A stretch of 63,420 nucleotides of DNA, the filler included. It is 6 parts of 6 records of this genome, joined end to end, with 100 filler letters (N's around TTAATTAATTAA, not from the genome) between each part and the next. Parts side by side here need not be neighbours in the genome. Positions count along the whole stretch, not along the records: positions 45,721 to 57,011 come from DRR723986_18321; positions 57,112 to 63,420 come from DRR723986_18350; 4 more parts are not named here. One strand, given 5' to 3'. Under the pieces are notes generated by a model. The model was not told the origin of the DNA, ran no database searches, and was given only the letters and a program-made list of their open reading frames with translations. The stretch's first letter is position 1; every line of letters starts with the position of its first letter. The position numbers and the translations under genes are program-made. Positions 46,050-57,241 of this stretch are shown here, one piece after another.

Positions 46050-47981
46050 ATGCTGCTCAAATTGCGTGGGGGTTTAAACTCCTTTTTTGTCACTATTTTA
46101 TTAGGCCTACTTATTGCGGCGTTCGCCATCTTTGGCATCGGGCCTGGCATGCTTACTGGTTCTAACCAATCGGTTGCAAAAGTGGGTGATACTGAGGTTT
46201 CTACCAATCGCTTTTTTAACGCTGTACAGCAACGTGCGCAAGCATTGCAGGCTCAGTTTGGTGGTCAATTCAGTACGCCGCAATTGGTGCAAATGATGCA
46301 GCTTGACCAGCAAATTCTCAATCAAATGTTGGTTGAAGCTTCCGTTAAAGAGCACGTTTCTTCATTAGGGCTGCGGGCAACTGATAAGCAAACCGCGAAT
46401 GAACTTCGTGGATATGAAGCCTTTACGAACCTGGATGGCACTTTCAGCCCACAACTAATGGAGCTTGCCCTACGCCAAAACAACATAACAGAAAGCGAAT
46501 TGTTAAGTGATTTGCGTTCGGGCGTTGCACGGCAACAACTTATTAATAGCTTCATTGTCGAAGACATGATTCCACGAAGTTTGGCGGCTGAACTATATGT
46601 TTGGCAAGCTGAGCGCAGGCAGGCGTCTTTAATTAATTTCGCGGCAAGTGACATTGTTGATATCCCTGCGCCAACGGATGATGAATTGCTGGCCTACTAT
46701 GAAGATAACAAATCATCTTACATGACGCCGGAACGCCGTTCGTACAATTATTTGTTGCTTACTCCCGGGTACTTCGCATCGCAAGTAGACGTGCCCGAGG
46801 GCGAAATTGAACGTATGTACGAAACTAGGTCATCTGACTTTGCTGCCTCGGAGTTACGGGCGGTATTCCAGGTAAGCTTCGATACGGAACAAGACGCCAA
46901 TGAATTCATCAGCGCAGTCTCTGCCGGCGCAGATTTTACTGAAACAGCTGTCGCCAGTACTGACTTTGCTGCCAACGAGATTGACCTAGGCGACAATACA
47001 CGAACAGATATTGAGACAGAGTTTGGAGCCGAAGCAGCTGAACTGGTTTTCACACTCGAACAAAATCAGCCCTCCGCCCCTCTTGAAGACATTGGTGGAT
47101 GGAGCGTTTTCATGGTGCCAAATATTACTGTTATTGAAGGTAAACCATTTGAAGCGGTCCAAGCTGAGCTTGAACAGGAATACCGAAATGAAGCAGCAAT
47201 AGATATTCTATATGAGCAACAGCAATTAATTGATGATGCCATGCAGGCAACGCCTGATTTGACCCAAATTACCACAAACCTTGGTTTGCCACTTGCAGAA
47301 ATTATTGGTGTTGATGCCCAGGGACAAGGTGTTGAAGGCAACCAAATTGTTACCCAGCAAAATGAATATATTGTTCAATCTGCAGCTTTCCGTGAAGAAT
47401 TGGGTGCCGATCCATCAATTGTTGATTTAAACCCTACAGATCCCACTGAAGGCTTTTATGTATTCGAGCTAACTGAAATTGCCGAGCCCGCTCAGCAGGA
47501 ACTTGAAGCAGTTCGGGAAATTGTCATCAACGACTGGACAGGTTATCGGCAACAATCGAAAGCTGGTGAAATTGCTGAAGTCGCTGTGCAACGCCTTAAA
47601 AGCGGCGAATCTGCTGAACAAATAGCTGAAGAGTTAGGGGGCGTTTCATTCGTTGCTAAAAATGTAGCACGCACCGGCGACACAAATTCCGGTGTGGCAG
47701 CAAACATTCGCCAGTTGATATTTGATTTGGATGTAAATGCCATAGATAGTGAAGCTGCAGCTGATGGCAATGGCTATGTCGTAGTAAAAGTTGAAAGCGC
47801 TACCGCAGGTGACCCGGAAGCGGCTGAAGCGGCTGTTAACAGTTTGCTAGACCAACTAAACACCGATTTTCAGGAAGAATTGTTCGTACAGTATCAAGCC
47901 TATTTAACAGAACGATACCCTGCTGAGGTAAATAGCCTTTTGATACAACAATTGTTTAGCCCTGAAAATTTTCAGCAGTGA
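46050..47981 (+). CDS. PpiD/SurA N-terminal-domain periplasmic chaperone
   Basis: N-terminal TM LLIAAFAIFGI, VAKVG, YY..NK..YMTPERR; tpiA-ppiD-trpE synteny. Confidence 0.85.
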   Translation: MLLKLRGGLNSFFVTILLGLLIAAFAIFGIGPGMLTGSNQSVAKVGDTEVSTNRFFNAVQQRAQALQAQFGGQFSTPQLVQMMQLDQQILNQMLVEASVKEHVSSLGLRATDKQTANELRGYEAFTNLDGTFSPQLMELALRQNNITESELLSDLRSGVARQQLINSFIVEDMIPRSLAAELYVWQAERRQASLINFAASDIVDIPAPTDDELLAYYEDNKSSYMTPERRSYNYLLLTPGYFASQVDVPEGEIERMYETRSSDFAASELRAVFQVSFDTEQDANEFISAVSAGADFTETAVASTDFAANEIDLGDNTRTDIETEFGAEAAELVFTLEQNQPSAPLEDIGGWSVFMVPNITVIEGKPFEAVQAELEQEYRNEAAIDILYEQQQLIDDAMQATPDLTQITTNLGLPLAEIIGVDAQGQGVEGNQIVTQQNEYIVQSAAFREELGADPSIVDLNPTDPTEGFYVFELTEIAEPAQQELEAVREIVINDWTGYRQQSKAGEIAEVAVQRLKSGESAEQIAEELGGVSFVAKNVARTGDTNSGVAANIRQLIFDLDVNAIDSEAAADGNGYVVVKVESATAGDPEAAEAAVNSLLDQLNTDFQEELFVQYQAYLTERYPAEVNSLLIQQLFSPENFQQ

Positions 47982-49486
47982 ACCCAGAAGTAGACTTTGA
48001 AGCCTTTGTTCGTCGCTATAACGGCGGCGAGCCACAAGTGCTGTTCCAATCATTAGTTGCTGACTTAGATACCCCAGTTTCTGCATTTATGAAACTGACA
48101 AGAAATGAGAAATATTGCTGCTTACTCGAATCAGTAGAGGGTGGTGAAACGCGCGGTCGATACTCCATAATAGGCCTGCGGCCAGATATTGTTTGGCGCA
48201 ATGACGGTGCTGAAACAAAAATCTGCCGCAATGTTACAGGCAACAATCCCATACAATTTGAAGCCATGGACGGTGAGCCGCTGGACTGTTTGCGAAAGCT
48301 GATAGAAGAAAGTTTAATACAGTTGCCACACCCACTCCCACCTATGGCCTCGGGTTTAGTTGGGTATATGGCCTACGATATGGTCAGGCAAATGGAAGAT
48401 ATCGGCCCTGCCCGGCATGACCCGCTTGATGTGGCCACATCTATTTTTATTCGCCCAACCATTATGGCCATTTTTGACAGTGTCACTAATTTGGTAACCA
48501 TTGTAACGCCCGTTCGACCAACAGACGACCAAGATGCAGAGGCAGCCTACGCAAAGGCACAAATTTTGATCAATGAGATGCTTGACCGTCTAGACGCGCC
48601 ACTGCCTCTTGTAGACTCAATAGCAGCTCCCTTAATTGAGGACCCGGTTTCCAACACAAGCCGAGAGCAATATCTTGAAATGGTTGAAAAGGCTCAGAAT
48701 TATATTCTAGAAGGCGATATTTTTCAGGTTGTTCTTAGCCAACGATTCACCATGCCATTTGAATTACCTGCTTTTTCACTTTATCGAGCACTACGCCGAA
48801 CCAACCCCTCGCCTTTCATGTATCATTTAGCTTTTGACGACTTTACAATCGTGGGGTCCAGCCCAGAAATTCTGGTGCGGCTTAGAGATGAAGAAATCAC
48901 CATTCGGCCCATTGCTGGTACACGGCCACGTGGGTCAGACCAAAACGCAGACCTGGCATTAACAAATGAATTGTTATCAGACGACAAAGAGCTCGCAGAA
49001 CATTTGATGCTATTGGATTTAGGTAGAAATGACGTTGGTCGGATTGCAAAGCCTGGCTCTGTGAAAGTAACCGACAAAAATACAATCGAATATTATTCGC
49101 ATGTCATGCATATCGTTTCAAATGTGGTTGGTGACATTGACCCACAGTTTGATGCTATCGATGCACTATCGGCTGGGTTTCCAGCAGGCACAGTTTCCGG
49201 CGCACCCAAAATTCGTGCAATGGAAATTATTGATGAGTTGGAAGTTGAGGCGCGCGGGCCATATGCTGGCAGTGTTGGGTATTTCAGCGCCAATGGCTCC
49301 ATGGACACAGCAATCGTTTTGAGAACCGCCATTGTAAAAGACGGCAAAATGCATGTGCAGGCGGGTGCCGGTGTCGTGGCTGACAGTGATCCAAATTCCG
49401 AATATGAAGAGTGCGTAAATAAAGCGCGTGCGCTTGTGGTTGCGGCAAAAGAGGCACTGCGATTTGCATCTTCAAACCGCGGCTAA
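47978..49486 (+). CDS. trpE: Anthranilate synthase component I
   Basis: LLESVEGG, GDIFQVVLSQR, NPSPF, PIAGTRPRG, AEHLMLLDLGRND, GTVSGAPK. Confidence 0.97.
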   Translation: MNPEVDFEAFVRRYNGGEPQVLFQSLVADLDTPVSAFMKLTRNEKYCCLLESVEGGETRGRYSIIGLRPDIVWRNDGAETKICRNVTGNNPIQFEAMDGEPLDCLRKLIEESLIQLPHPLPPMASGLVGYMAYDMVRQMEDIGPARHDPLDVATSIFIRPTIMAIFDSVTNLVTIVTPVRPTDDQDAEAAYAKAQILINEMLDRLDAPLPLVDSIAAPLIEDPVSNTSREQYLEMVEKAQNYILEGDIFQVVLSQRFTMPFELPAFSLYRALRRTNPSPFMYHLAFDDFTIVGSSPEILVRLRDEEITIRPIAGTRPRGSDQNADLALTNELLSDDKELAEHLMLLDLGRNDVGRIAKPGSVKVTDKNTIEYYSHVMHIVSNVVGDIDPQFDAIDALSAGFPAGTVSGAPKIRAMEIIDELEVEARGPYAGSVGYFSANGSMDTAIVLRTAIVKDGKMHVQAGAGVVADSDPNSEYEECVNKARALVVAAKEALRFASSNRG

Positions 49487-49501
49487 CTTTTTATCAAGGC
49501 C

Positions 49502-50479
49502 TTATTGTTTTTTGATGACTTTCTCAGTCATAATTTGGCTGATAGGAACAAGTGTAAGCTCTTTAAACTTCAATGTTTGCTGCCATGTATGTAATGCGGC
49601 AAATGTCTCAGCGTAAGGATGTCCAATAGCGATGGCATACCCCCTAGCTTTCGCTATCTTTTCAGTAGTAGCCAGTTGGCCCAGGATATAACCGTTATCA
49701 CGCTCGTTATCCAAAAAAACATCACGCGATAAAAAAGGCACATTGACAGCAGATGCGGCTCGTTTTCCCACGCTATTGGGGGTTGTTAAACTATCAACAA
49801 ACAACAACCCATTACTTCGTAATCGTGCCATTAGACGAACCATAAGGGCCGGCTTTTCAGTGAATAGGCTACCCATATGATTATTAACACCCACATACCC
49901 CTCAAATTGACTTAAATTCCATTCCAATCGGCGTCCAAACTCGTCAAAACTCAAGTTTGTCAAAAGCGCATTTGTACCTGGATCAGCGCTGGTATTTTGG
50001 GATTGCATGGGCATATGCACCATGAGTTCGTGCCCTGCCTGCTTCACACTTTCTGTTTGGGCAATAAGACCATCAGCATATGGTAAGAATGCTAATGTAT
50101 ACGGCCCAGGCATAAGAGCTAACCTTTGCGTTGCTTCTTTATCCAAGCCAAGGTCATCAATGATAACAACTATTTTTGGAAATTTAGTTGTTTCTATCGG
50201 CGCAGAATATAGCTGCCACGCGGGCACTTGAGCATCAGGAACTAAATTGCTGATGCTTTCAATGGATATTTCGTCCTTGGAAATTTGACTGTTTTGGTAC
50301 TCACCAATAATTGCCACAATGTCTTTGTCAGCAACTTCAAGGCCAGGCTCAGTTTTATCAGATTTCCCTTTAAGATATAATGTGCCCATTAGCCCGGTAA
50401 AGACCAGCACCACCAGCCCTAAATATAGCCCTAGAGCAATTCTTTTTCTTGAGAAATTTTTACCTGAACGCTTAGTCAT
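49502..50479 (-). CDS. Divergent polysaccharide deacetylase family protein (YibQ-like)
   Basis: IIDDLG, HMPMQ, NNHMGS, FVDSLT, RDVFLD, AIGHP. Confidence 0.92.
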   Translation of the reverse strand: MTKRSGKNFSRKRIALGLYLGLVVLVFTGLMGTLYLKGKSDKTEPGLEVADKDIVAIIGEYQNSQISKDEISIESISNLVPDAQVPAWQLYSAPIETTKFPKIVVIIDDLGLDKEATQRLALMPGPYTLAFLPYADGLIAQTESVKQAGHELMVHMPMQSQNTSADPGTNALLTNLSFDEFGRRLEWNLSQFEGYVGVNNHMGSLFTEKPALMVRLMARLRSNGLLFVDSLTTPNSVGKRAASAVNVPFLSRDVFLDNERDNGYILGQLATTEKIAKARGYAIAIGHPYAETFAALHTWQQTLKFKELTLVPISQIMTEKVIKKQ

Positions 50480-50605
50480 TATAGATCAATTTCGATTTAT
50501 TTACGTCTGCGACGACAAGCGCCTTGCTTGCTCTTTAAGCCCACAATAGAATGCTGCTCAAGCGGCCAGACTGTTATCTTAAATAAGAGCAATTAAAGTA
50601 ATTTA

Positions 50606-51196
50606 ATGTATATCCTAATCGATAATTACGACAGCTTTACCTATAATTTGTACCATTATCTTACAGATTTGGGTGCTGACGTTACCGTATACAGGAATGA
50701 TGAAATTTCTGTGGCAGACCTGATCAATAAAAAGCCTGATGGCATTATTATTAGCCCTGGCCCCTGTACACCAAATGAAGCAGGCATTTGCCTAGAGCTG
50801 GTGCGTGAAGCCAAATCATGTATTCCCATTTTAGGTGTATGTTTGGGGCATCAGTCAATTGCGCAAGCATTCGGTGGCAAGATTGTCCGCGCGCCGTATG
50901 TTATGCACGGTAAAACAAGTGAAATTCATCATAGCTGTGACAGTGTTTTTAATGCTTTGCCTACACCTTTTCTGGCAACGCGCTATCACTCCTTAACTGT
51001 TGATCCATCCAGTGTGCCTGATTGCCTTACTGTTACAGCAAAAACCAATGACGGCATTATTATGGGGCTTCGCCACAATGACTATGAATTGCATGGTGTT
51101 CAATTTCACCCCGAAAGCATTGCTTCAGAACAGGGCCATGCACTAATGAAAAACTTTATGAATTTATGCAAATCGCGGGAAGCAGAATATGCGTGA
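50606..51196 (+). CDS. trpG: Anthranilate synthase component II
   Basis: IDNYDSFTYN, SPGP, GVCLGHQ, RYHSL, QFHPES. Confidence 0.95.
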   Translation: MYILIDNYDSFTYNLYHYLTDLGADVTVYRNDEISVADLINKKPDGIIISPGPCTPNEAGICLELVREAKSCIPILGVCLGHQSIAQAFGGKIVRAPYVMHGKTSEIHHSCDSVFNALPTPFLATRYHSLTVDPSSVPDCLTVTAKTNDGIIMGLRHNDYELHGVQFHPESIASEQGHALMKNFMNLCKSREAEYA

Positions 51197-52217
51197 ATTC
51201 AACTCTATTCTGGCAGAATTAGCTGATGGAAATGTCTTAACCGCAAACCAGGCAGAATCTGCATTTGAACAAATCATGGCTGGGTCTATTGAACCAATGG
51301 AGATCGCAGCATTTTTAATGGCCCTCAGAGTTCGCGGCGAAACTGTAGATGAAATAACCGGCGGTGCACGCGTACTTAGAAATAGAGCCTTATCGCTGAA
51401 GGCCGACCTTATGGCCGTTGATACGTGCGGCACGGGCGGTGACGGTATAGGCACCTACAACATTTCATCTGCTGCAGCAATTGTATCGGCTGCCGCTGGT
51501 TGTGTTGTTGCCAAACATGGCAATCGTTCGGTTTCTTCCAAATCCGGCTCTGCAGATGTTCTTATGGCTTTAGGCGCTAACCTTGACATTGATGTTCCAG
51601 GCCATGAGGAATGTCTGAAAAGATTTGGCTTCACTTTCATGTTTGCACCCGCTCATCACCACGCCATGAAAAATGTTGCGCCAGTGCGCGCTGCGCTTAA
51701 GTTGCGAACAATTTTTAACTTGCTGGGGCCCCTTTCAAATCCTGCTAAAACCAAACGGCAGGTTTTAGGGGTGTTTAGTAAGCGCTGGGTGCGTCCAATG
51801 GCAGAAGTACTACAAGCATTGGGCAGCGAGCACGTTTGGGTTGTGCATGGGCATGATGGTTTAGACGAGCTAACAGTTACAGACAAAACTTTTGTTGCTG
51901 AACTGAAAAACGGAGCCATACGCGAATTCGAAGTGTCACCCTCAGATGCAGGCTTGCAGGTTTCTACCATTGAAAGTTTAAAGGGAGGAGATGCAACAGT
52001 TAATGCGGCAGCCATATCGGGCCTCCTTGATGGTGAAGCTTCCAGTTACAGGGATATTGTTGTTTTGAATAGCGCGGCGGCACTTATTGTGGCAGGGCAA
52101 GTAAACACACTGCTTGAAGGCGCACAAAAAGCAGCTTTAGCCATTGATAGCGGTAAAGCAAAAATCCTATTAAGTGATTGGATTGCATACACAAATAGTA
52201 AAGTGACGAGTCAGTAG
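51189..52217 (+). CDS. trpD: Anthranilate phosphoribosyltransferase
   Basis: DTCGTGGDG, KHGNRSVSSKSGSAD, FNLLGPL.NP. Confidence 0.97.
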   Translation: MREFNSILAELADGNVLTANQAESAFEQIMAGSIEPMEIAAFLMALRVRGETVDEITGGARVLRNRALSLKADLMAVDTCGTGGDGIGTYNISSAAAIVSAAAGCVVAKHGNRSVSSKSGSADVLMALGANLDIDVPGHEECLKRFGFTFMFAPAHHHAMKNVAPVRAALKLRTIFNLLGPLSNPAKTKRQVLGVFSKRWVRPMAEVLQALGSEHVWVVHGHDGLDELTVTDKTFVAELKNGAIREFEVSPSDAGLQVSTIESLKGGDATVNAAAISGLLDGEASSYRDIVVLNSAAALIVAGQVNTLLEGAQKAALAIDSGKAKILLSDWIAYTNSKVTSQ

Positions 52218-52218
52218 C

Positions 52219-53031
52219 ATGACTATTAAAACTAAAGATATTTTAGCAGAAATATGTGACCGAAAACGCATTCACATCGCAGAACAAAAAAACCGTGTTT
52301 CTGAGGCAAGTTTATATAACGACTTGGGTAAAGTTAGTGCGCCGCGCGGCTTTATATCTGCGCTTCAGACTAGCTTAGATAAGGGGCTGTTTGGTTTTAT
52401 TTGTGAAATAAAAAAGGCTAGTCCCTCCAAAGGGTTAATACGACCTGATGACTTTGACCCTGCAAGCCTAGCAGCAGCTTATGAAAGTGGCGGTGCTTCC
52501 TGTTTGTCAGTATTAACGGATGAGCCATATTTTCAAGGCAAAGATACCTATCTAGCAGCGGCTCGCCAAGCCTGTCAGCTACCCGTTTTGCGCAAGGACT
52601 TTATGCTGGACCCATACCAGGTTGTAGAATCAAGAGCGCTTGGTGCTGACTGTATTTTGCTGATTATGGCAGCGCTTGATGATGCCCTTGCAGCTGAGTT
52701 GGAAAGCACTGCAGTGGACCTAGGCATGGATGTTTTAATCGAAGTTCATAGTTCAAATGAACTTGAGCGCGCACTGAAACTTAAAAGCGCGCTTATAGGG
52801 GTGAATAATCGCAATCTGAAAACCATGGATGTTACTTTGGATAATACGTTAAATTTGGCTCCCAAACTTCCGAAGGGCAGAATTGCAGTGGCTGAATCCG
52901 GGCTAAAAACCAAAGATGATCTAAACGCGTGTGCTGAGGCTGGGGCTAACTGTTTTCTAATCGGTGAAACTTTCATGAGGCAAGGTGACGTTTCTGAAGC
53001 AGTAAAAACCCTGCAGAAGGGCGTAGCATGA
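52219..53031 (+). CDS. trpC: Indole-3-glycerol phosphate synthase
   Basis: [32 protein letters not shown]. Confidence 0.97.
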   Translation: MTIKTKDILAEICDRKRIHIAEQKNRVSEASLYNDLGKVSAPRGFISALQTSLDKGLFGFICEIKKASPSKGLIRPDDFDPASLAAAYESGGASCLSVLTDEPYFQGKDTYLAAARQACQLPVLRKDFMLDPYQVVESRALGADCILLIMAALDDALAAELESTAVDLGMDVLIEVHSSNELERALKLKSALIGVNNRNLKTMDVTLDNTLNLAPKLPKGRIAVAESGLKTKDDLNACAEAGANCFLIGETFMRQGDVSEAVKTLQKGVA

Positions 53032-53522
53032 AAAAGCTAAGCCATACAAATGAAAGCGGTGCTGCCCGAATGGTCGACGTCGGCAGCAAAATGGTAACAA
53101 GCCGTGTTGCTGTGGCAGAAGCACAAATTAATATGCTGCAAGCAACCGCTGATTTGATCAAGTCGAACGGCCTAAAAAAAGGCGATGTATTTGCTGCTGC
53201 TCGCATTGCAGGCGTTATGGCAGCCAAGAAAACGTCAGATTTAATACCACTTTGCCATCCACTAGCGATTACGAGCGTAACTCTTGAATTTACTTGGTTA
53301 GCTGACCACAAATTATCAGTCATAGCTGAAGTCAAAGTTGATGGTAAAACCGGCGTTGAAATGGAGGCGTTAACGGCAGTCTCTATCGCAGCTTTAACCA
53401 TTTATGACATGGCAAAAGCTGTAGATAAGGCAATTGAGATTACGAACGTACGCCTTTTATCAAAGGACGGTGGTAAGTCAGGAGCCTACAGGCATCATTC
53501 CCAAACGGATTCATCCAAATGA
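53028..53522 (+). CDS. moaC: Cyclic pyranopterin monophosphate synthase
   Basis: [24 protein letters not shown]. Confidence 0.96.
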   Translation: MKKLSHTNESGAARMVDVGSKMVTSRVAVAEAQINMLQATADLIKSNGLKKGDVFAAARIAGVMAAKKTSDLIPLCHPLAITSVTLEFTWLADHKLSVIAEVKVDGKTGVEMEALTAVSIAALTIYDMAKAVDKAIEITNVRLLSKDGGKSGAYRHHSQTDSSK

Positions 53523-54712
53523 TCACTGTAAAACAAGCATTTGACCGTATTGTTTCCAACGCTAAACCCTTACCCACTGAAAAAATTGAAATTGCAAAAG
53601 CATCAGGGCGCGTTATTGCCGCCCCGATTGCTGCAAGACGATCACAGCCTGCCGCTAATATGTCTGCAATGGATGGTTATGCGGTCAGAAGCGCTGACCT
53701 TAATGAAGATACGACAAAGCTGACACTTGTAGGTGAAAGTGCTGCTGGTCATCCATTTGATAGGTCAATCAATGAAGGCGAAACGGTTCGAATTTTTACA
53801 GGTGCGGTTCTACCTGCGGGCGCTGATCAAGTGGTCATTCAAGAAAATGTTGAAGCTGGTAAGGGTTTTATTACCACGTCTATTAGGCCAGATTCTGGAG
53901 CAAATATTCGACTAAAAGGCATTGATTTTCATGAAAACCAAACGGTTTTAGAGGCTGGAACATATATCAGCGCAAAATCTATAGGCCTTGCTGCCAGTGC
54001 GGGCCAAGCTAATTTAATGGTACATCGTCAACCCAAAGTCGCCATACTGTCGACCGGCGATGAACTTGCGTCCCCTGATAAAGATGTTTTTTCTGTCTCT
54101 GATACTGTCAATAGTTCAGGCCCGCAAATACAAGCTCTTGTCGAAGAAAGCGGCGCTGATGTTTGCTTCAGGGGCCAAGCTGGGGATACAATCGAAGCCC
54201 TGAGGTCAGCCATAAGGCAAAACAATGAAGCTGATATATTGATTACGATTGGCGGGGCGTCGGTTGGAGATAAGGACTTTGTTCAGGAAGCCTTAACGCA
54301 GGAAGGCATGGCCCTCAATTTCTGGAAAGTAGCAATGCGGCCGGGGAAACCACTCATTTTCGGGAAAAAAGACAATCAATATATTCTTGGCTTGCCGGGC
54401 AACCCCGCCTCTGCATTTGTTTGCGCCTTGTTATTTCTTAGACCACTCATCGATAAACTAATGGGACGACCTGCCCCATTAACTGGTGGTGTTTCTCTGC
54501 CAGTGGCTACTGATTTGCCCGCCAACGGTCCCCGACAACACTTTATTAGAGCTCGGTTAATTGGAGAGCCCGGCCAGAGAATTCTGGACCCTGCGACAAG
54601 TCAAGACAGCAGTTTAACAACCGTTCTTGCGCAATGCGATGGGTTGATTATTAGACCCATTAATTCTGACGCTATACCTGCAGGAACTAAGGTGCCTTTT
54701 CTGCCATTCTAA
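53519..54712 (+). CDS. moeA: Molybdopterin molybdenumtransferase
   Basis: SAMDGYA, RIFTGA, STGDEL, GGASVG, RPGKP, LPGNP. Confidence 0.96.
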   Translation: MITVKQAFDRIVSNAKPLPTEKIEIAKASGRVIAAPIAARRSQPAANMSAMDGYAVRSADLNEDTTKLTLVGESAAGHPFDRSINEGETVRIFTGAVLPAGADQVVIQENVEAGKGFITTSIRPDSGANIRLKGIDFHENQTVLEAGTYISAKSIGLAASAGQANLMVHRQPKVAILSTGDELASPDKDVFSVSDTVNSSGPQIQALVEESGADVCFRGQAGDTIEALRSAIRQNNEADILITIGGASVGDKDFVQEALTQEGMALNFWKVAMRPGKPLIFGKKDNQYILGLPGNPASAFVCALLFLRPLIDKLMGRPAPLTGGVSLPVATDLPANGPRQHFIRARLIGEPGQRILDPATSQDSSLTTVLAQCDGLIIRPINSDAIPAGTKVPFLPF

Positions 54713-54775
54713 TAGGTAGGTTCAATAGATTACTATTGCTGAATTATTTTCACCCTTGACTTATAATCAAAACGT

Positions 54776-54801
54776 GAACTAAAAGAGAACATAAGGTAAA
54801 C
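54776..54801 (+). promoter_or_regulatory. Alphaproteobacterial LexA (SOS) box
   Basis: GAAC-TAAAAGA-GAAC-ATAAGGT-AAAC (GAAC-N7-GAAC plus a third half-site), downstream of a TTGACT -35 at 54756. Confidence 0.88.
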
Positions 54802-54821
54802 GTACTAGATGGAGATACCAT

Positions 54822-55490
54822 ATGTTGACGGCAAAACAGCAGCAATTACTTCTGTTTATTGATAACAGATTGAATAGTGGTGGTGTGTCTCCATCTTTCG
54901 ATGAAATGAAAGATGCATTGGGATTAAAATCAAAGTCTGGTGTTCACCGATTGATCAATGCACTTGAAGAGCGCGGCTTTATAAAACGTATGGCTAACCG
55001 TGCACGCGCGCTTGAAGTTGTTAAACTTCCTGACGGTGTTACAGACACTGAAAAAGCCTCAAACGTAGTGGCTGGTAATTTTGGCGATCAGGCTGCATCT
55101 GACAATATGATTGAAATACCACTTCACGGTAAAATAGCTGCCGGAACACCGATTGAAGCGATTGAAAATTCCGATAGTTTCGTTGCCGTTCCTTCTGGCA
55201 TGATCGGCCGTGGAAATTGTTTTGCGCTGGAAATATCTGGTGACTCGATGATCGATTTAGGCATTCTGGATGGTGATACGGTTATTATTGAAAGTGGCCA
55301 GACCGCTAGAAGCGGTGAAGTAGTTGTAGCCCTTGTTGATGACATGGAAGCTACCCTCAAAACTATTCGAAAAGAAGGGAGCTCTGTTGATTTGATTCCG
55401 GCAAACCCAGACCACGAAACTCAAACTTATGATGCGGGTCGTGTTAATGTACAGGGCCGGTTGGTTGGGCTTTTCCGACAGTACCACTAA
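54822..55490 (+). CDS. lexA: SOS repressor LexA
   Basis: PSFDEMK.ALGLKSKSG, IAAG.P cleavage site, GDSM, EATLK. Confidence 0.97.
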   Translation: MLTAKQQQLLLFIDNRLNSGGVSPSFDEMKDALGLKSKSGVHRLINALEERGFIKRMANRARALEVVKLPDGVTDTEKASNVVAGNFGDQAASDNMIEIPLHGKIAAGTPIEAIENSDSFVAVPSGMIGRGNCFALEISGDSMIDLGILDGDTVIIESGQTARSGEVVVALVDDMEATLKTIRKEGSSVDLIPANPDHETQTYDAGRVNVQGRLVGLFRQYH

Positions 55491-55526
55491 GGATTACAAC
55501 GCGGTAATTTAATAGTTTATATAGAT

Positions 55527-57011
55527 TTACCACGCTGTATCTAACGGCGGATTTGACCATTCGTGTCGGATGTTAAACATGCCCTCATCATTATCCTCCC
55601 CCCATAACCCGATGGGTCCATATCTTTCGATGTCTTGTTTACTCAAAAATTTAGTAGCACCCCGGCAATAACGCCTGTGTGTGTAACTTGCGATAACGAT
55701 GTGGCCTGCACTGCACGCCTGCCGTGTCACTTCAAGTGAATGACTAACGATCAAGGATACATACTTAGTTTTAGCGTTAGAAATATCAAAGCCCAGCATA
55801 ATTTGGCACGCTCTGCTGTTACAGGTGCGTTCTAAACTTTTAAAGCTTGATACTTGTCTATAACCCCAATAGCGCTTCCATGCGTCATCGCGAAATCCAT
55901 CACGTCGGCCACCAATTATTGCCGGTGTTCGAGCATCATTATTTACCGCAACAATATTGCCAGTACCAGCAATGAGGACGGTGGCCGGCCTATTGTTGTC
56001 CACTATCAAAGCCAAAATAACTGGTAATATAGCAATTATAAGCACTTGAGTACTGCGCCATAGCATTAACAGCACCAAGGCAATAGCCGTAGTAATAAGC
56101 AGAGAAGCACCATACGGCGATACGGAAATAACACTCATTTCATTACTAGCAAGGGCCGTTGCAAGCTCCAAAATCAAACGAAGGCCACCCTCCATTATGA
56201 TTAAAAAAGGCGTTTCAAATCCAATAATTGAAACAGAGATAGCCAAAAAAGCGGCTGGCATAACCCAAAAAGCCATAACAGGTATGGCAATAATGTTAGC
56301 AATAATCCCTACCACAGAAAAAGTTTGAAAATGATATAACGCAATTGGACCAACGGTTAATTGCGCAATAAAACTGGTGCCCGCTGCTCCAAGTACATAC
56401 AGAAAAATAATCTTGGCAATCGTGTTGCGGCCTGAGTTTGGTCTTTGATACGAGCTCTTTTCGCGCCGAAGGGCCAAATAGTCATACGCAACAACGATGC
56501 CTATTGTTGCGGCAAATGACATTTGAAAACCACTTCCCATGAGCGCGTCAGGGTTTATTAACAAAATTACGAATGCTGCAATTCCAACACTCCGCAGTGA
56601 GAAAACACGTCTATCTGTAATGACCGCCAATATGGCCACAGTAACCATTACAAAAGCTCGAATAGTGCTTGTGCTAGCCCCTGAAAGCCCTAGGTAAATC
56701 AAGGCAAATAGCCATGCAATTAATGCTGCGGCTTTTCTGGGAGCTATACGAAGTGCAATACCGCTAATGCTCGCAAACAATAATTCAAAAACAAAAAATG
56801 CCGCACCGGTAATTAACCCCATGTGCAGGCCAGAAATTGCTAGTAAATGCGCAAGCCCCGCATCTCGAATGTCATTAGCCGTTTTTTGTTCGATATATTG
56901 TCTCTGCCCCGTTATTAACGCTACAGCAATACCGCCTATAGGTTGATCAATAGTGTTTAATATCTTTGAGGATAGTTTTGAGCGGCTATTCTCAATATAA
57001 TTACTGATCAT
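55527..57011 (-). CDS. comEC: ComEC/Rec2 competence protein (5' partial)
   Basis: AGLAHLLAISGLHMG, GFQMSFAA, many TM segments. Confidence 0.92.
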   Translation of the reverse strand: MISNYIENSRSKLSSKILNTIDQPIGGIAVALITGQRQYIEQKTANDIRDAGLAHLLAISGLHMGLITGAAFFVFELLFASISGIALRIAPRKAAALIAWLFALIYLGLSGASTSTIRAFVMVTVAILAVITDRRVFSLRSVGIAAFVILLINPDALMGSGFQMSFAATIGIVVAYDYLALRREKSSYQRPNSGRNTIAKIIFLYVLGAAGTSFIAQLTVGPIALYHFQTFSVVGIIANIIAIPVMAFWVMPAAFLAISVSIIGFETPFLIIMEGGLRLILELATALASNEMSVISVSPYGASLLITTAIALVLLMLWRSTQVLIIAILPVILALIVDNNRPATVLIAGTGNIVAVNNDARTPAIIGGRRDGFRDDAWKRYWGYRQVSSFKSLERTCNSRACQIMLGFDISNAKTKYVSLIVSHSLEVTRQACSAGHIVIASYTHRRYCRGATKFLSKQDIERYGPIGLWGEDNDEGMFNIRHEWSNPPLDTAW

Positions 57012-57111
57012 NNNNNNNNNNNNNNNNNNNNNNNNNNNNNNNNNNNNNNNNNNNNTTAATTAATTAANNNNNNNNNNNNNNNNNNNNNNNNNNNNNNNNN
57101 NNNNNNNNNNN
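57012..57111. other. Artificial contig spacer
   Basis: N-run with TTAATTAATTAA. Confidence 0.99.
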
Positions 57112-57241
57112 GATCCGTGTGATCAACCCGGCCTTCCCTGAAGGCATCATGCTGGCGATCCTGTTCGCTAACCTGTTTGCGCCGCTGATGGACCACTACG
57201 TGGTTCAGGCCAACATCAAACGGAGGCTTGCTCGTGGCTAA
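57112..57241 (+). CDS. nqrB: Na+-NQR subunit B, C-terminal fragment
   Basis: Manual translation [42 protein letters not shown]. Confidence 0.93.

Noticed and set aside
49502-50479. Antisense deacetylase gene interrupting trpE-trpG as a recent insertion
   Set aside because: Composition matches its neighbours, no mobility signs, and I recall this arrangement from other alphaproteobacteria.
17022-57111. Five identical TTAATTAATTAA motifs in N-runs, and apparent gene neighbourhoods across them
   Set aside because: Artificial all-frame-stop linkers; composition and taxonomy change at each, so cross-spacer synteny is meaningless.
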